NCBI GenBank assembly: GCA_002344885.1
Contig: DDUQ01000142.1
Location: forward strand, 65,467 to 129,466
DNA length: 64,000 nucleotides
DNA from: Comamonadaceae bacterium UBA2334
GTDB lineage: Bacteria > Pseudomonadota > Gammaproteobacteria > Burkholderiales > Burkholderiaceae_C
Reading direction: 5' to 3'
A program made the translations under genes and the position numbers. The notes beneath the pieces are model-generated. The model was not told the DNA's origin and did not search any database. It saw only the letters and a program-made list of their open reading frames with translations. Below, in pieces: positions 10,605-18,302 of the stretch (position 1 is its first letter; every line of letters starts with the position of its first letter).

Positions 10605-11390
10605 TCAGTGCGACGTGCCCAAATAGGCACTGATCACTTCTTCGTTGTTTCGGACTTCTTCGGGGGTGCCATCGCCGATCTTCTTGCCGTAGTCCAGCAC
10701 CACGACCCGGTCGGAAATGTCCATCACCACGCCCATGTCGTGCTCGATCAGCACGACCGTGGTGCCGAACTCGTCATTGATGTCGAGGATGAAGCGGCAC
10801 ATGTCCTGCTTTTCCTCCACGTTCATGCCGGCCATGGGTTCGTCCAGCAGCAGCACCTGCGGCTCCATGGCCAGCGCACGGCCCAGGTCGACGCGCTTTT
10901 GCAGGCCGTAGGGCAGCTGGCCGACAGCGGTCTTGCGGTAGGCCTGGATTTCCAGGAAGTCGATGATGTGCTCCACCTTTTCGCGGTGGGCCACTTCCTC
11001 GCGCTCGGCAGGGCCGATGCGCAGGGCTTGCAGGAAGAGGTTGCTCTTGATGCGCAGGTTGCGGCCGGACATCAGGTTGTCGATCACGTTCATGCCCTTG
11101 AACAGCGCCAGGTTCTGGAACGTGCGGGCGATGCCCATTTCGGCCACCTGGCGGCTGTTCATGTGCTTGAACGTCTGGCCACGGAACGTGACCGAGCCTT
11201 CCTGCGGTTTGTACACGCCGTTGATGCAGTTGAGCATCGAGCTTTTGCCGGCACCGTTGGGGCCGATGATGGCGCGGATTTCGTGTTCCTTGACGTTGAA
11301 GCTGATGTCGGTCAGCGCCTTCACGCCGCCGAACCGCAAGCTGATGTTCTTCACGTCAAGGATGACGTCGCCAATTTTCTTGTCTGCCAT
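10605..11390 (-). CDS. livG: Branched-chain amino acid-type ABC transporter ATP-binding protein (LivG-like)
   Basis: Walker A GPNGAGKSS, LPYGLQKRVDLGRAL, Walker B LLLDEPMAG. Confidence 0.92.
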   Translation of the reverse strand: MADKKIGDVILDVKNISLRFGGVKALTDISFNVKEHEIRAIIGPNGAGKSSMLNCINGVYKPQEGSVTFRGQTFKHMNSRQVAEMGIARTFQNLALFKGMNVIDNLMSGRNLRIKSNLFLQALRIGPAEREEVAHREKVEHIIDFLEIQAYRKTAVGQLPYGLQKRVDLGRALAMEPQVLLLDEPMAGMNVEEKQDMCRFILDINDEFGTTVVLIEHDMGVVMDISDRVVVLDYGKKIGDGTPEEVRNNEEVISAYLGTSH

Positions 11391-11437
11391 GGTTGAGGTC
11401 TTTCAGGCGTAGGTGTGCTGTGCGGCCGCGGGCTGCA

Positions 11438-13384
11438 TCAGGCGGCGTTTTTGACGGGCGCGAACGTCTTGGTGTCACCCATCTTCAGGGTGGCGCTGAC
11501 GCTGCCGGTGCGGCCGTCTTCGAACTTGACCACCGTCTCGATGAACTGTTCGGCCTTGCCGCCATACAGCGCATCGACCAGCACGCCGTACTTGTCTCCG
11601 ATGAAGCCCCGACGAACCTTGTTGGTGCGTGTCAGTTCGCCGTCGTCTGCGTCCAGTTCTTTGTGCAGCACCAGGAAGCGGCTGATCTGGCTGCCGGCCA
11701 GCAGGCTGTCCTGGGCCAGGTCGGCATTGACCTTCTCGATGCATTCCTTGATGAGCTGGTACACCTCGGGCTTCTGGGCCAGGTCGGTGTAGCCGGCATA
11801 GGGCAGGTTGCGGCGCTCAGCCCAGTTGCCCACGGCATCGAAGTCGATGTTGACCATCACGCACACGCGATCCCGCTGGTCACCGAAGGCCACCACTTCC
11901 TTGATATGGCTGAAAAACTTGAGCTTGTTCTCGACGTACTTGGGCGCAAACATGGCACCGTCGTTCGGCCCACCCTTGATGCGGCCGACGTCCTTCACGC
12001 GGTCGATGATCTTCAGGTGACCGTGGCTGTCGATGAAGCCGGCGTCGCTGGTGTGGTACCAACCATCTGCTGTCAGCACCTCGGCGGTGGCTTTGGGGTT
12101 CTTGTAATACTCTTTCAGCAGACCGGGCGACTTGATGAGCAACTCACCGTTGTCGGCCAGTTTCATTTCCACGCCCTCGCAGGGAACGCCCACAGTGTCG
12201 GCACGGGCCTCATTGTCAGGCTGCAGGCACACGAACACGGCGGTTTCGGTCGAGCCGTACAACTGCTTCAAGTTGATGCCGATGCTGCGGTAAAAGCTGA
12301 ACAGGTCGGGGCCGATGGCCTCACCAGCGGTGTAGGCCACCCGCACGCGGGAAAAGCCCAGCGTGTTGCGCAACGGGCCGTAGACGAACAGGTTGCCCAA
12401 CGCGTACATCAGGTTGTCGCCAAAACCCACAGCCTTGCCATCCATTTTCTGGGGGCCGACCTTGCGGGCAATGTCCATGAAGTAATGGAACATCTTGCGC
12501 TTGAGGTTGCCAGCATCTTCCATGCGGATCATCACGCTGGTCAGCAGGCCTTCGAACACGCGGGGTGGCGCGAAGTAGTAGGTGGGGCCCACCTCTTTCA
12601 GGTCGATGGTGACAGTGGCAGATGATTCGGGGCAGTTCACCACATAGCCAGCAGCCAGCCACTGTGCGTAGCTGAAAATGTTCTGCCCAATCCAGGCGGG
12701 TGGCAGATAGGCCAGCACTTCGTCGGTGGGGCCCAGTTTGTCGAAGCGTGCGCCCACATCGGCACGGTTCAGCAGCGTGAAGTGGGTGTGCACCACGCCC
12801 TTGGGGTTGCCGGTGGTGCCCGAGGTGAAGAACATGGCGGCCACATCGTCCGGCTGTGCCTTTTTGATTTCGTCTTCAAAGAACTGCGGGTGCACATCGG
12901 CAAACACCTTGCCGCCTGCAATCAATTCGTCGAGGGCAGCCAGGCCTTCTTCGTCGTAGTTGCGCAGGCCGCGCGGGTCGTCGTAGTAGATGTGGCTGAG
13001 TTGGGGGCACTGCTCGCGGATTTCGAGCATCTTGTCCACCTGCTCCTGGTCTTCTACCACAGCGAAGCGGACTTCCGCGTTGTTGATGGGGAACACGCAC
13101 TCGGCAGCCACGGCATCCTGGTACAGCGGCACGGGAATGGCACCGAGGGACTGGGCGGCCAGCATGGTGGCGTATAGGCGGGGGCGGTTGGCACCGACGA
13201 CGATCAGGTGCTCACCCCGGTGCAGGCCGGCCTGGTGCAGGCCGCAGGCCATGTGTTTGACCAGGGCCAACATGTCTGCCCAGGTGGTGTTTTGCCAGAT
13301 GCCGTACTCTTTCTCACGCATGGCTGCCGCGTTGGGCCGCTGGGCTGCGTGGTTCAGCAGTAACTGTGGGAACGTGGTCCGCAT
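11438..13384 (-). CDS. Long-chain acyl-CoA synthetase / AMP-dependent synthetase-ligase
   Basis: Within ORF 11438..13552. AMP-binding motif MFFTSGTTGNPKGVVHTH. Start MRTTFPQLLL preceded by AGGAGA. Confidence 0.9.
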   Translation of the reverse strand: MRTTFPQLLLNHAAQRPNAAAMREKEYGIWQNTTWADMLALVKHMACGLHQAGLHRGEHLIVVGANRPRLYATMLAAQSLGAIPVPLYQDAVAAECVFPINNAEVRFAVVEDQEQVDKMLEIREQCPQLSHIYYDDPRGLRNYDEEGLAALDELIAGGKVFADVHPQFFEDEIKKAQPDDVAAMFFTSGTTGNPKGVVHTHFTLLNRADVGARFDKLGPTDEVLAYLPPAWIGQNIFSYAQWLAAGYVVNCPESSATVTIDLKEVGPTYYFAPPRVFEGLLTSVMIRMEDAGNLKRKMFHYFMDIARKVGPQKMDGKAVGFGDNLMYALGNLFVYGPLRNTLGFSRVRVAYTAGEAIGPDLFSFYRSIGINLKQLYGSTETAVFVCLQPDNEARADTVGVPCEGVEMKLADNGELLIKSPGLLKEYYKNPKATAEVLTADGWYHTSDAGFIDSHGHLKIIDRVKDVGRIKGGPNDGAMFAPKYVENKLKFFSHIKEVVAFGDQRDRVCVMVNIDFDAVGNWAERRNLPYAGYTDLAQKPEVYQLIKECIEKVNADLAQDSLLAGSQISRFLVLHKELDADDGELTRTNKVRRGFIGDKYGVLVDALYGGKAEQFIETVVKFEDGRTGSVSATLKMGDTKTFAPVKNAA

Positions 13385-13492
13385 GACGTCTCCTGATGTG
13401 CGCTGTGTGGGCTCGGGCAGTACTGCTGTTGTGCATGTTCGGTGCGCCGAGCTTTGAACTGCCGTGATAGTAGGGAGATGTTTGACGTTATG

Positions 13493-13510
13493 TTGTCGTT
13501 CCAACGACAA
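13493..13510. promoter_or_regulatory. Perfect palindrome TTGTCGTT-CC-AACGACAA in the divergent intergenic region; candidate operator
   Basis: 8-bp arms read directly. Located between the acyl-CoA synthetase / ABC operon start (13384) and the Crp-family gene start (13574). Two CCTAGG hexamers at 13526 and 13538 nearby. Confidence 0.35.
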
Positions 13511-13573
13511 TTGGGGGACAACCCTCCTAGGACTTTCCCTAGGTTGGTGCAAATTTGGAGGTGCTTTGTCGCC

Positions 13574-14284
13574 ATGACGACCATTCCATTGCTCCGGCAG
13601 CGTGCCCGACCGCTGACGCCCGATGAGTTATCGGCTGTACCCTGGTTGCCAGCGTTGACACCCGACGAACGGGACCGAGCGTGTCATGACCTGATCGTCA
13701 CCGAGACTCAGGCAGGGGATGTCATTTGCCGGGTGGGCAAGCCGGCCAATTTCTGGTTCGGCCTGGTCGATGGTCTGTTGAAAATGAGCAATGACGACAG
13801 CCAGGGGCCGGTCATCACGTTCACGGGGGTGGCGCCGGGGGGGTGGTTTGGCGAGGGCACTGTGCTCAAGCGCGAGGTGTACCGTTACAACATCCAGGCG
13901 CTGCGCAAAAGCCGGGTGGCGGGACTGCCGGCCGACAGCTTTCACTGGCTGATCGAGCATTCACTCGGTTTCAACCGTTTTGTCATGCTGCAACTCAACG
14001 AGCGTCTGGGGCAGTTCATTGCCGCGCGGGAAATTGACCGGCTCACCAACCCCGAGGTCAGGGTGGCACGCAGTTTGGCGTCGCTGGTCAACCCACTGCT
14101 GTATCCCAGCGTGGGCGAGGTGTTGCGCATCACCCAGCAGGAACTGGCTTACCTGGTGGGTTTGTCCCGCCAGCGGGTGAACGAAGCCCTGACCAGTTTG
14201 GCCGCCCAGGGTGTGCTCCGCGTGGAATACGGTGGCTTGCGGGTGCTGGATCGCGCGGCATTGCGGGGTTACGGCATCCACTGA
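13574..14284 (+). CDS. Crp/Fnr-family transcriptional regulator (cNMP-binding domain plus C-terminal HTH)
   Basis: Within ORF 13442..14284. GGWFGEGTVL beta-barrel motif and HTH ITQQELAYLVGLSRQRVNEALTSLAAQGVL. No FNR-type Cys cluster. Confidence 0.85.
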   Translation: MTTIPLLRQRARPLTPDELSAVPWLPALTPDERDRACHDLIVTETQAGDVICRVGKPANFWFGLVDGLLKMSNDDSQGPVITFTGVAPGGWFGEGTVLKREVYRYNIQALRKSRVAGLPADSFHWLIEHSLGFNRFVMLQLNERLGQFIAAREIDRLTNPEVRVARSLASLVNPLLYPSVGEVLRITQQELAYLVGLSRQRVNEALTSLAAQGVLRVEYGGLRVLDRAALRGYGIH

Positions 14285-14320
14285 ATGGTCTGCCTGCTTT
14301 GTATGTGTAGAGTACAGGTC

Positions 14321-15256
14321 ATGTCTTGTCTGAAACTGAGGGGTGTAGCCGTGCGGAATGTGTTGCGTGATCTGTTTGAGAAGGCGGGATGTGCCGCTTT
14401 GCTGACATCGGTTTCTTTGCTTGCAGGTTGTGCTCACTTGGTAGAGCCCTGGCCCAATGAGACCAAGGAGAGCCTGGTGGCTGTGACAAAGGATGGTCAC
14501 TTGATACGCGTGCACACCACCAACCCCTGGGAGGTGCGCGCGGCCTTGCCGCTGCGCGGTTTGCCCGTGGGCGAGCAGTTGGTCGGCATGGATTTCAGAG
14601 TAGCCAAAGGGGTGTTGTATGCCCTCGGACGCACCGGGCAGCTTTACACGCTCGATGTACAGACCGCCCAACTGGCGCCAGTGGGCAACGGTCGGCTGCA
14701 AGTGCCTTTGCGAGGCACGCAGTTTGGCGTGGACTTCAATCCGACGGTGGATCGTATTCGGGTGGTGAGTGAACTTGGTCAGAACCTGCGGTTGCATCCG
14801 GACACGGGGGCGATGGTGGATTTCGATGCGGCTGCCGAGGGTGTTCAGCCCGACCCTGACCTGCGTTTTGCAGACCCTGACCCGCAAACCGGCCAACGGC
14901 CTCAGGTGGCTGCGACGGCCTACACCTATAACCTGAAGAACGAAAAGCTCACGACCAACTTCGTCATCGACAGCAGATTGGGCACACTGGTCCTGCAAGG
15001 CTCCAGGGAAGGCGTCGAGCCCGTGGAAAGCCCCAACCTCGGCGTATTGCGCACGGTTGGCGAGCTCGGGACAGGTCCATTGTTGGATGCTGCTTTTGAC
15101 ATTGCAGATGTGGGCAACACGCCGCTGCTGGCAGTCCGCACCGCGACGGATGTTCGTACCCGGCTCTACCGGGTTGACCTGACGTCAGGCAAGGCCACGT
15201 TGCTGGGCACGTTGGGTTCTGGACAGGTCATCATTGGCATGGCAATCGAGCCTTGA
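14321..15256 (+). CDS. DUF4394-like periplasmic lipoprotein
   Basis: ORF 14285..15256. Lipobox LLAGC. Core GLPVGEQLVGMDFRVAKGVLYALGRTGQLYTLD matches my recollection of DUF4394. Start is uncertain (ATG 14285, ATG 14321 or GTG 14351). Confidence 0.7.
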   Translation: MSCLKLRGVAVRNVLRDLFEKAGCAALLTSVSLLAGCAHLVEPWPNETKESLVAVTKDGHLIRVHTTNPWEVRAALPLRGLPVGEQLVGMDFRVAKGVLYALGRTGQLYTLDVQTAQLAPVGNGRLQVPLRGTQFGVDFNPTVDRIRVVSELGQNLRLHPDTGAMVDFDAAAEGVQPDPDLRFADPDPQTGQRPQVAATAYTYNLKNEKLTTNFVIDSRLGTLVLQGSREGVEPVESPNLGVLRTVGELGTGPLLDAAFDIADVGNTPLLAVRTATDVRTRLYRVDLTSGKATLLGTLGSGQVIIGMAIEP

Positions 15257-15261
15257 CAGCC

Positions 15262-15915
15262 ATGTATGCAGGCCAACCGGTGAGAAGCTCCCGGTCGCAT
15301 CCAGCGTTCCGCTGGGCTTGGGCGGTATTGGCTGCGGTGATCTGCTGGGGCGGCCCTGTCGCCGCTGCGGCAGCCACTGTGCAGGTGCTGGTTCAGGACG
15401 CCAGCGTAGCACCGTTGGGTGGCGCAGTGGTGTTCCTGGACTCGGCCGAGGCAGCCAAAGCGACCAAGCCGCTCAGCGGGGCCGAAATGGGGCAGCAGTC
15501 GAAAGCATTTGTGCCCGATGTGTTGGTGGTGACCAAAGGAACGGCGGTGAGCTTCCCCAACCGTGACACGGTTCGCCACCACGTCTATTCGTTTTCTCAG
15601 ACGAAACAATTCGAGTTGAAGCTGTACACCGGCACACCAGCGAACCCAGTGGTGTTTGACCGCAGCGGCGTCGCGGTGTTGGGGTGCAACATTCACGACG
15701 ACATGGTGGGGTGGATTGTGGTGGTGGATACACCCTATTTCGGGACGTCGTCTGCGTCCGGCCAGGTCCGGCTGGATAACGTGCCGGCCGGGCAATACAC
15801 CCTGCGGTCGTGGCACCCCAGGTTGCCCACGGGTGCAGAGGCGCGGGCAACTTCCCTACGGGTGGTGGATGGCACGCAGGCCACCACGGTGACTTTGACT
15901 GGTTTGCAGAAATGA
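15262..15915 (+). CDS. Secreted cupredoxin-like protein (often annotated methylamine utilization protein) with a C-terminal carboxypeptidase-regulatory-like beta domain
   Basis: ORF 15253..15915. Signal peptide ends AAAAA. HHVYS ... CNIHDDM gives an H / C-x2-H-x2-M spacing. The TTG at 15253 overlaps the upstream stop. Confidence 0.75.
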   Translation: MYAGQPVRSSRSHPAFRWAWAVLAAVICWGGPVAAAAATVQVLVQDASVAPLGGAVVFLDSAEAAKATKPLSGAEMGQQSKAFVPDVLVVTKGTAVSFPNRDTVRHHVYSFSQTKQFELKLYTGTPANPVVFDRSGVAVLGCNIHDDMVGWIVVVDTPYFGTSSASGQVRLDNVPAGQYTLRSWHPRLPTGAEARATSLRVVDGTQATTVTLTGLQK

Positions 15916-18302
15916 GGCCTGAACGGCTTCGGAGTTGGCATCAGTGGGGGCTGGCGGCCCGAATTGTTGCCACGTCGATGCTGCTCCTGCTGGCAGTCCA
16001 GTTGCTGGCGTATGGCGTGGTGCGTGGCTTCATTGCGGAAAACGCAAGGCGGCAAATCGGTCAAGAACTGGCAGTGGGCGAGCGGGTCTGGCTGCGCGTG
16101 CTTAATCAGCATGCCGACAAGCTGGCATTGGGCGCATCGGTGTTGGCCGCAGATTTTGGTTTCCGTGATGCCGTCAATACTGGTGACCTGGAAACCATCC
16201 GATCGGCCCTTGAAAACCAGGGCGACCGCATTGGTGCGCACCTGACAGCCTATTTTTCGCTTGATCTTCAGTTGCGTGCTTCTTCGAACGAGCAGGTGGC
16301 GGCTCTCGATGCAGCGGCATTGAGCCGCGTGACGGCCGATCTGGCCCGCACGTCCGGTGGGCGCCAGATTGCCATGCTGGGGGGGGCGCCCTACCAGTTT
16401 GTGCTGGTTCCCATGCGTGCCCCCGTGATCACCGGTTGGGTGTTGATGAGCTTTCCCCTGGACCAGAAGCTGGCGACGGATGTCTTTCACCTGCTGAACG
16501 TGCACATTGCGCTGGTGACCAAGGCCGCGAGTGATGCGGGTGACGAGCAGCTGGCTGTCAGCAGTTTGAGCCCTGAACAGGCGCTGGGTGTCGACTGGGC
16601 GGACAGCCGCCGCGGGACAGTTCGGGTGGGCGGTGAAGACATGGTCGCGCGGTCGGTCGCGTTGTCCGGCAATCAGATGGGTATTCGCACGGTGTTGCTT
16701 CGTTCTGTGGACGAGGCGCTGGCACCCTTTCATCGCCTGCAAATCGTCCTCTTGCTGATCACGTTGGCAGGTTTGGGCCTGTTTGCGTTGGGCAGTTTTT
16801 TCAATGCCCGTCGGGTCACGCGCCCTTTGCAAGGCCTGGTGGAAGCAGCCAACCGCTTGAAAAGCGGTGATTTCGGTACAGCGGTGCCAGGTACACATCA
16901 AGGGGATGAGGTGGGGGCGCTGGCACTCGCCTTCGATCGGATGAGGCAAAGCATTGCTGCCAAACAGGCTGAAGTTGAGCGTCTGGCCTACTGGGATCGC
17001 CTGACCGGTCTGCCCAACCGAGAGCAGTTTCGGGCAGCCTTGTTCGAGGCGATGCTGATTCATCCCGCTGATTCGGTACCGGTGTCGGTGGTCACACTGA
17101 ATCTGGACCGTTTCAAACACGTCAACGACGTGCTGGGTTATGCCCTGGGTGATGAACTTCTGTGTGCCGTGGCGCAGAGGCTCCAGACGGTGTTGCGGCG
17201 AAAGCAGGATATGGTGGCCCGCCTGGGGGGTGATGTATTTGGCCTGTTGCTGTATCGCACCGAGCAGGAGGGCGCTCATGGTGTGTCACAGGCCGTGGCT
17301 CGGCTGTTTGAAGACCCGCTGACCCTGCGTGGCCAGACGGTGGACGTCAGCGCCAGCATGGGGGTCGCGTCGTGGCCCGCGCATGCAGACCAGCCTGATG
17401 TGTTGCTCAGCCGGTCTGAGATTGCGATGCATGCGGCCAAATCCCGTGCTGCCGGTGTGTTGGTGTACGAATCCAAACTTGATTCATCGAGCGCCGAGAA
17501 CCTGTCTTTGCTGACCGACCTCCGTCGCGCTGTCGAACAGGGCGAACTGCGGTTGTACTTGCAGCCCAAGATCAGTGTGGCCACGGGTCAAGTGGTGGCA
17601 GCAGAAGCGCTTGTCAGGTGGCAACATCCTGTTCGCGGGCTGGTGCCACCGTTCCATTTCATTCCGTTTGCCGAGCAAACCGGGTTTATCAGGCAATTGA
17701 CGCTATGGATGTTCGAAGAGGCCGCTCGCCAATGGGCGGGCCTGCAAATGGGCGGGCGACCGGTTCGGATTGCTGTGAACCTGTCCACACGCGATTTGTT
17801 GGACCTGTCGTTTCCCACCCGGTTAGCCGATTTGCTGGCTTTGCATTGCGCACCGTCGCATGGTTTTTGCCTCGAAATCACTGAGAGTGCCATCATGGAT
17901 GACCCTCACAGGGCCGAGTCCACCTTGAACAAGCTGGCGGACCAGGGGTTCAAGCTGTCGATTGACGACTTTGGCACGGGTTATTCTTCACTGGCCTACC
18001 TCAAGCGATTGCCGGTCAGTGAACTGAAAATTGACAAATCGTTTGTCATGGGCATGACGAGTGACAACAGTGATGCCAAGATCGTTCGGTCCACCATCGA
18101 CCTGGCGCACAACCTCGGCCTGACGGTGGTCGCCGAAGGTGTGGAAGACGCACACATTCTGAAAGCATTGGGCGCCCTGGGGTGTGATGAGGCGCAGGGC
18201 TATCACATGAGCAAGCCCGTTCCGGCGGATGAATTTGAGCAGTCCTGCGACCGTTGGCACCAGAACTGGCTTGGCAGACCGGACAATCGGGGCCATGACT
18301 GA
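15912..18302 (+). CDS. Membrane c-di-GMP phosphodiesterase: TM, about 270-aa periplasmic region, TM, HAMP, degenerate GGDEF (GGDVF), EAL
   Basis: Within ORF 15810..18302. Its ATG overlaps the upstream TGA (ATGA). GGDVF replaces GGDEF. EAL, NLS, EITE, DDFGTGYSS, KIDKSF and AEGVE are all present. Confidence 0.9.
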   Translation: MRPERLRSWHQWGLAARIVATSMLLLLAVQLLAYGVVRGFIAENARRQIGQELAVGERVWLRVLNQHADKLALGASVLAADFGFRDAVNTGDLETIRSALENQGDRIGAHLTAYFSLDLQLRASSNEQVAALDAAALSRVTADLARTSGGRQIAMLGGAPYQFVLVPMRAPVITGWVLMSFPLDQKLATDVFHLLNVHIALVTKAASDAGDEQLAVSSLSPEQALGVDWADSRRGTVRVGGEDMVARSVALSGNQMGIRTVLLRSVDEALAPFHRLQIVLLLITLAGLGLFALGSFFNARRVTRPLQGLVEAANRLKSGDFGTAVPGTHQGDEVGALALAFDRMRQSIAAKQAEVERLAYWDRLTGLPNREQFRAALFEAMLIHPADSVPVSVVTLNLDRFKHVNDVLGYALGDELLCAVAQRLQTVLRRKQDMVARLGGDVFGLLLYRTEQEGAHGVSQAVARLFEDPLTLRGQTVDVSASMGVASWPAHADQPDVLLSRSEIAMHAAKSRAAGVLVYESKLDSSSAENLSLLTDLRRAVEQGELRLYLQPKISVATGQVVAAEALVRWQHPVRGLVPPFHFIPFAEQTGFIRQLTLWMFEEAARQWAGLQMGGRPVRIAVNLSTRDLLDLSFPTRLADLLALHCAPSHGFCLEITESAIMDDPHRAESTLNKLADQGFKLSIDDFGTGYSSLAYLKRLPVSELKIDKSFVMGMTSDNSDAKIVRSTIDLAHNLGLTVVAEGVEDAHILKALGALGCDEAQGYHMSKPVPADEFEQSCDRWHQNWLGRPDNRGHD

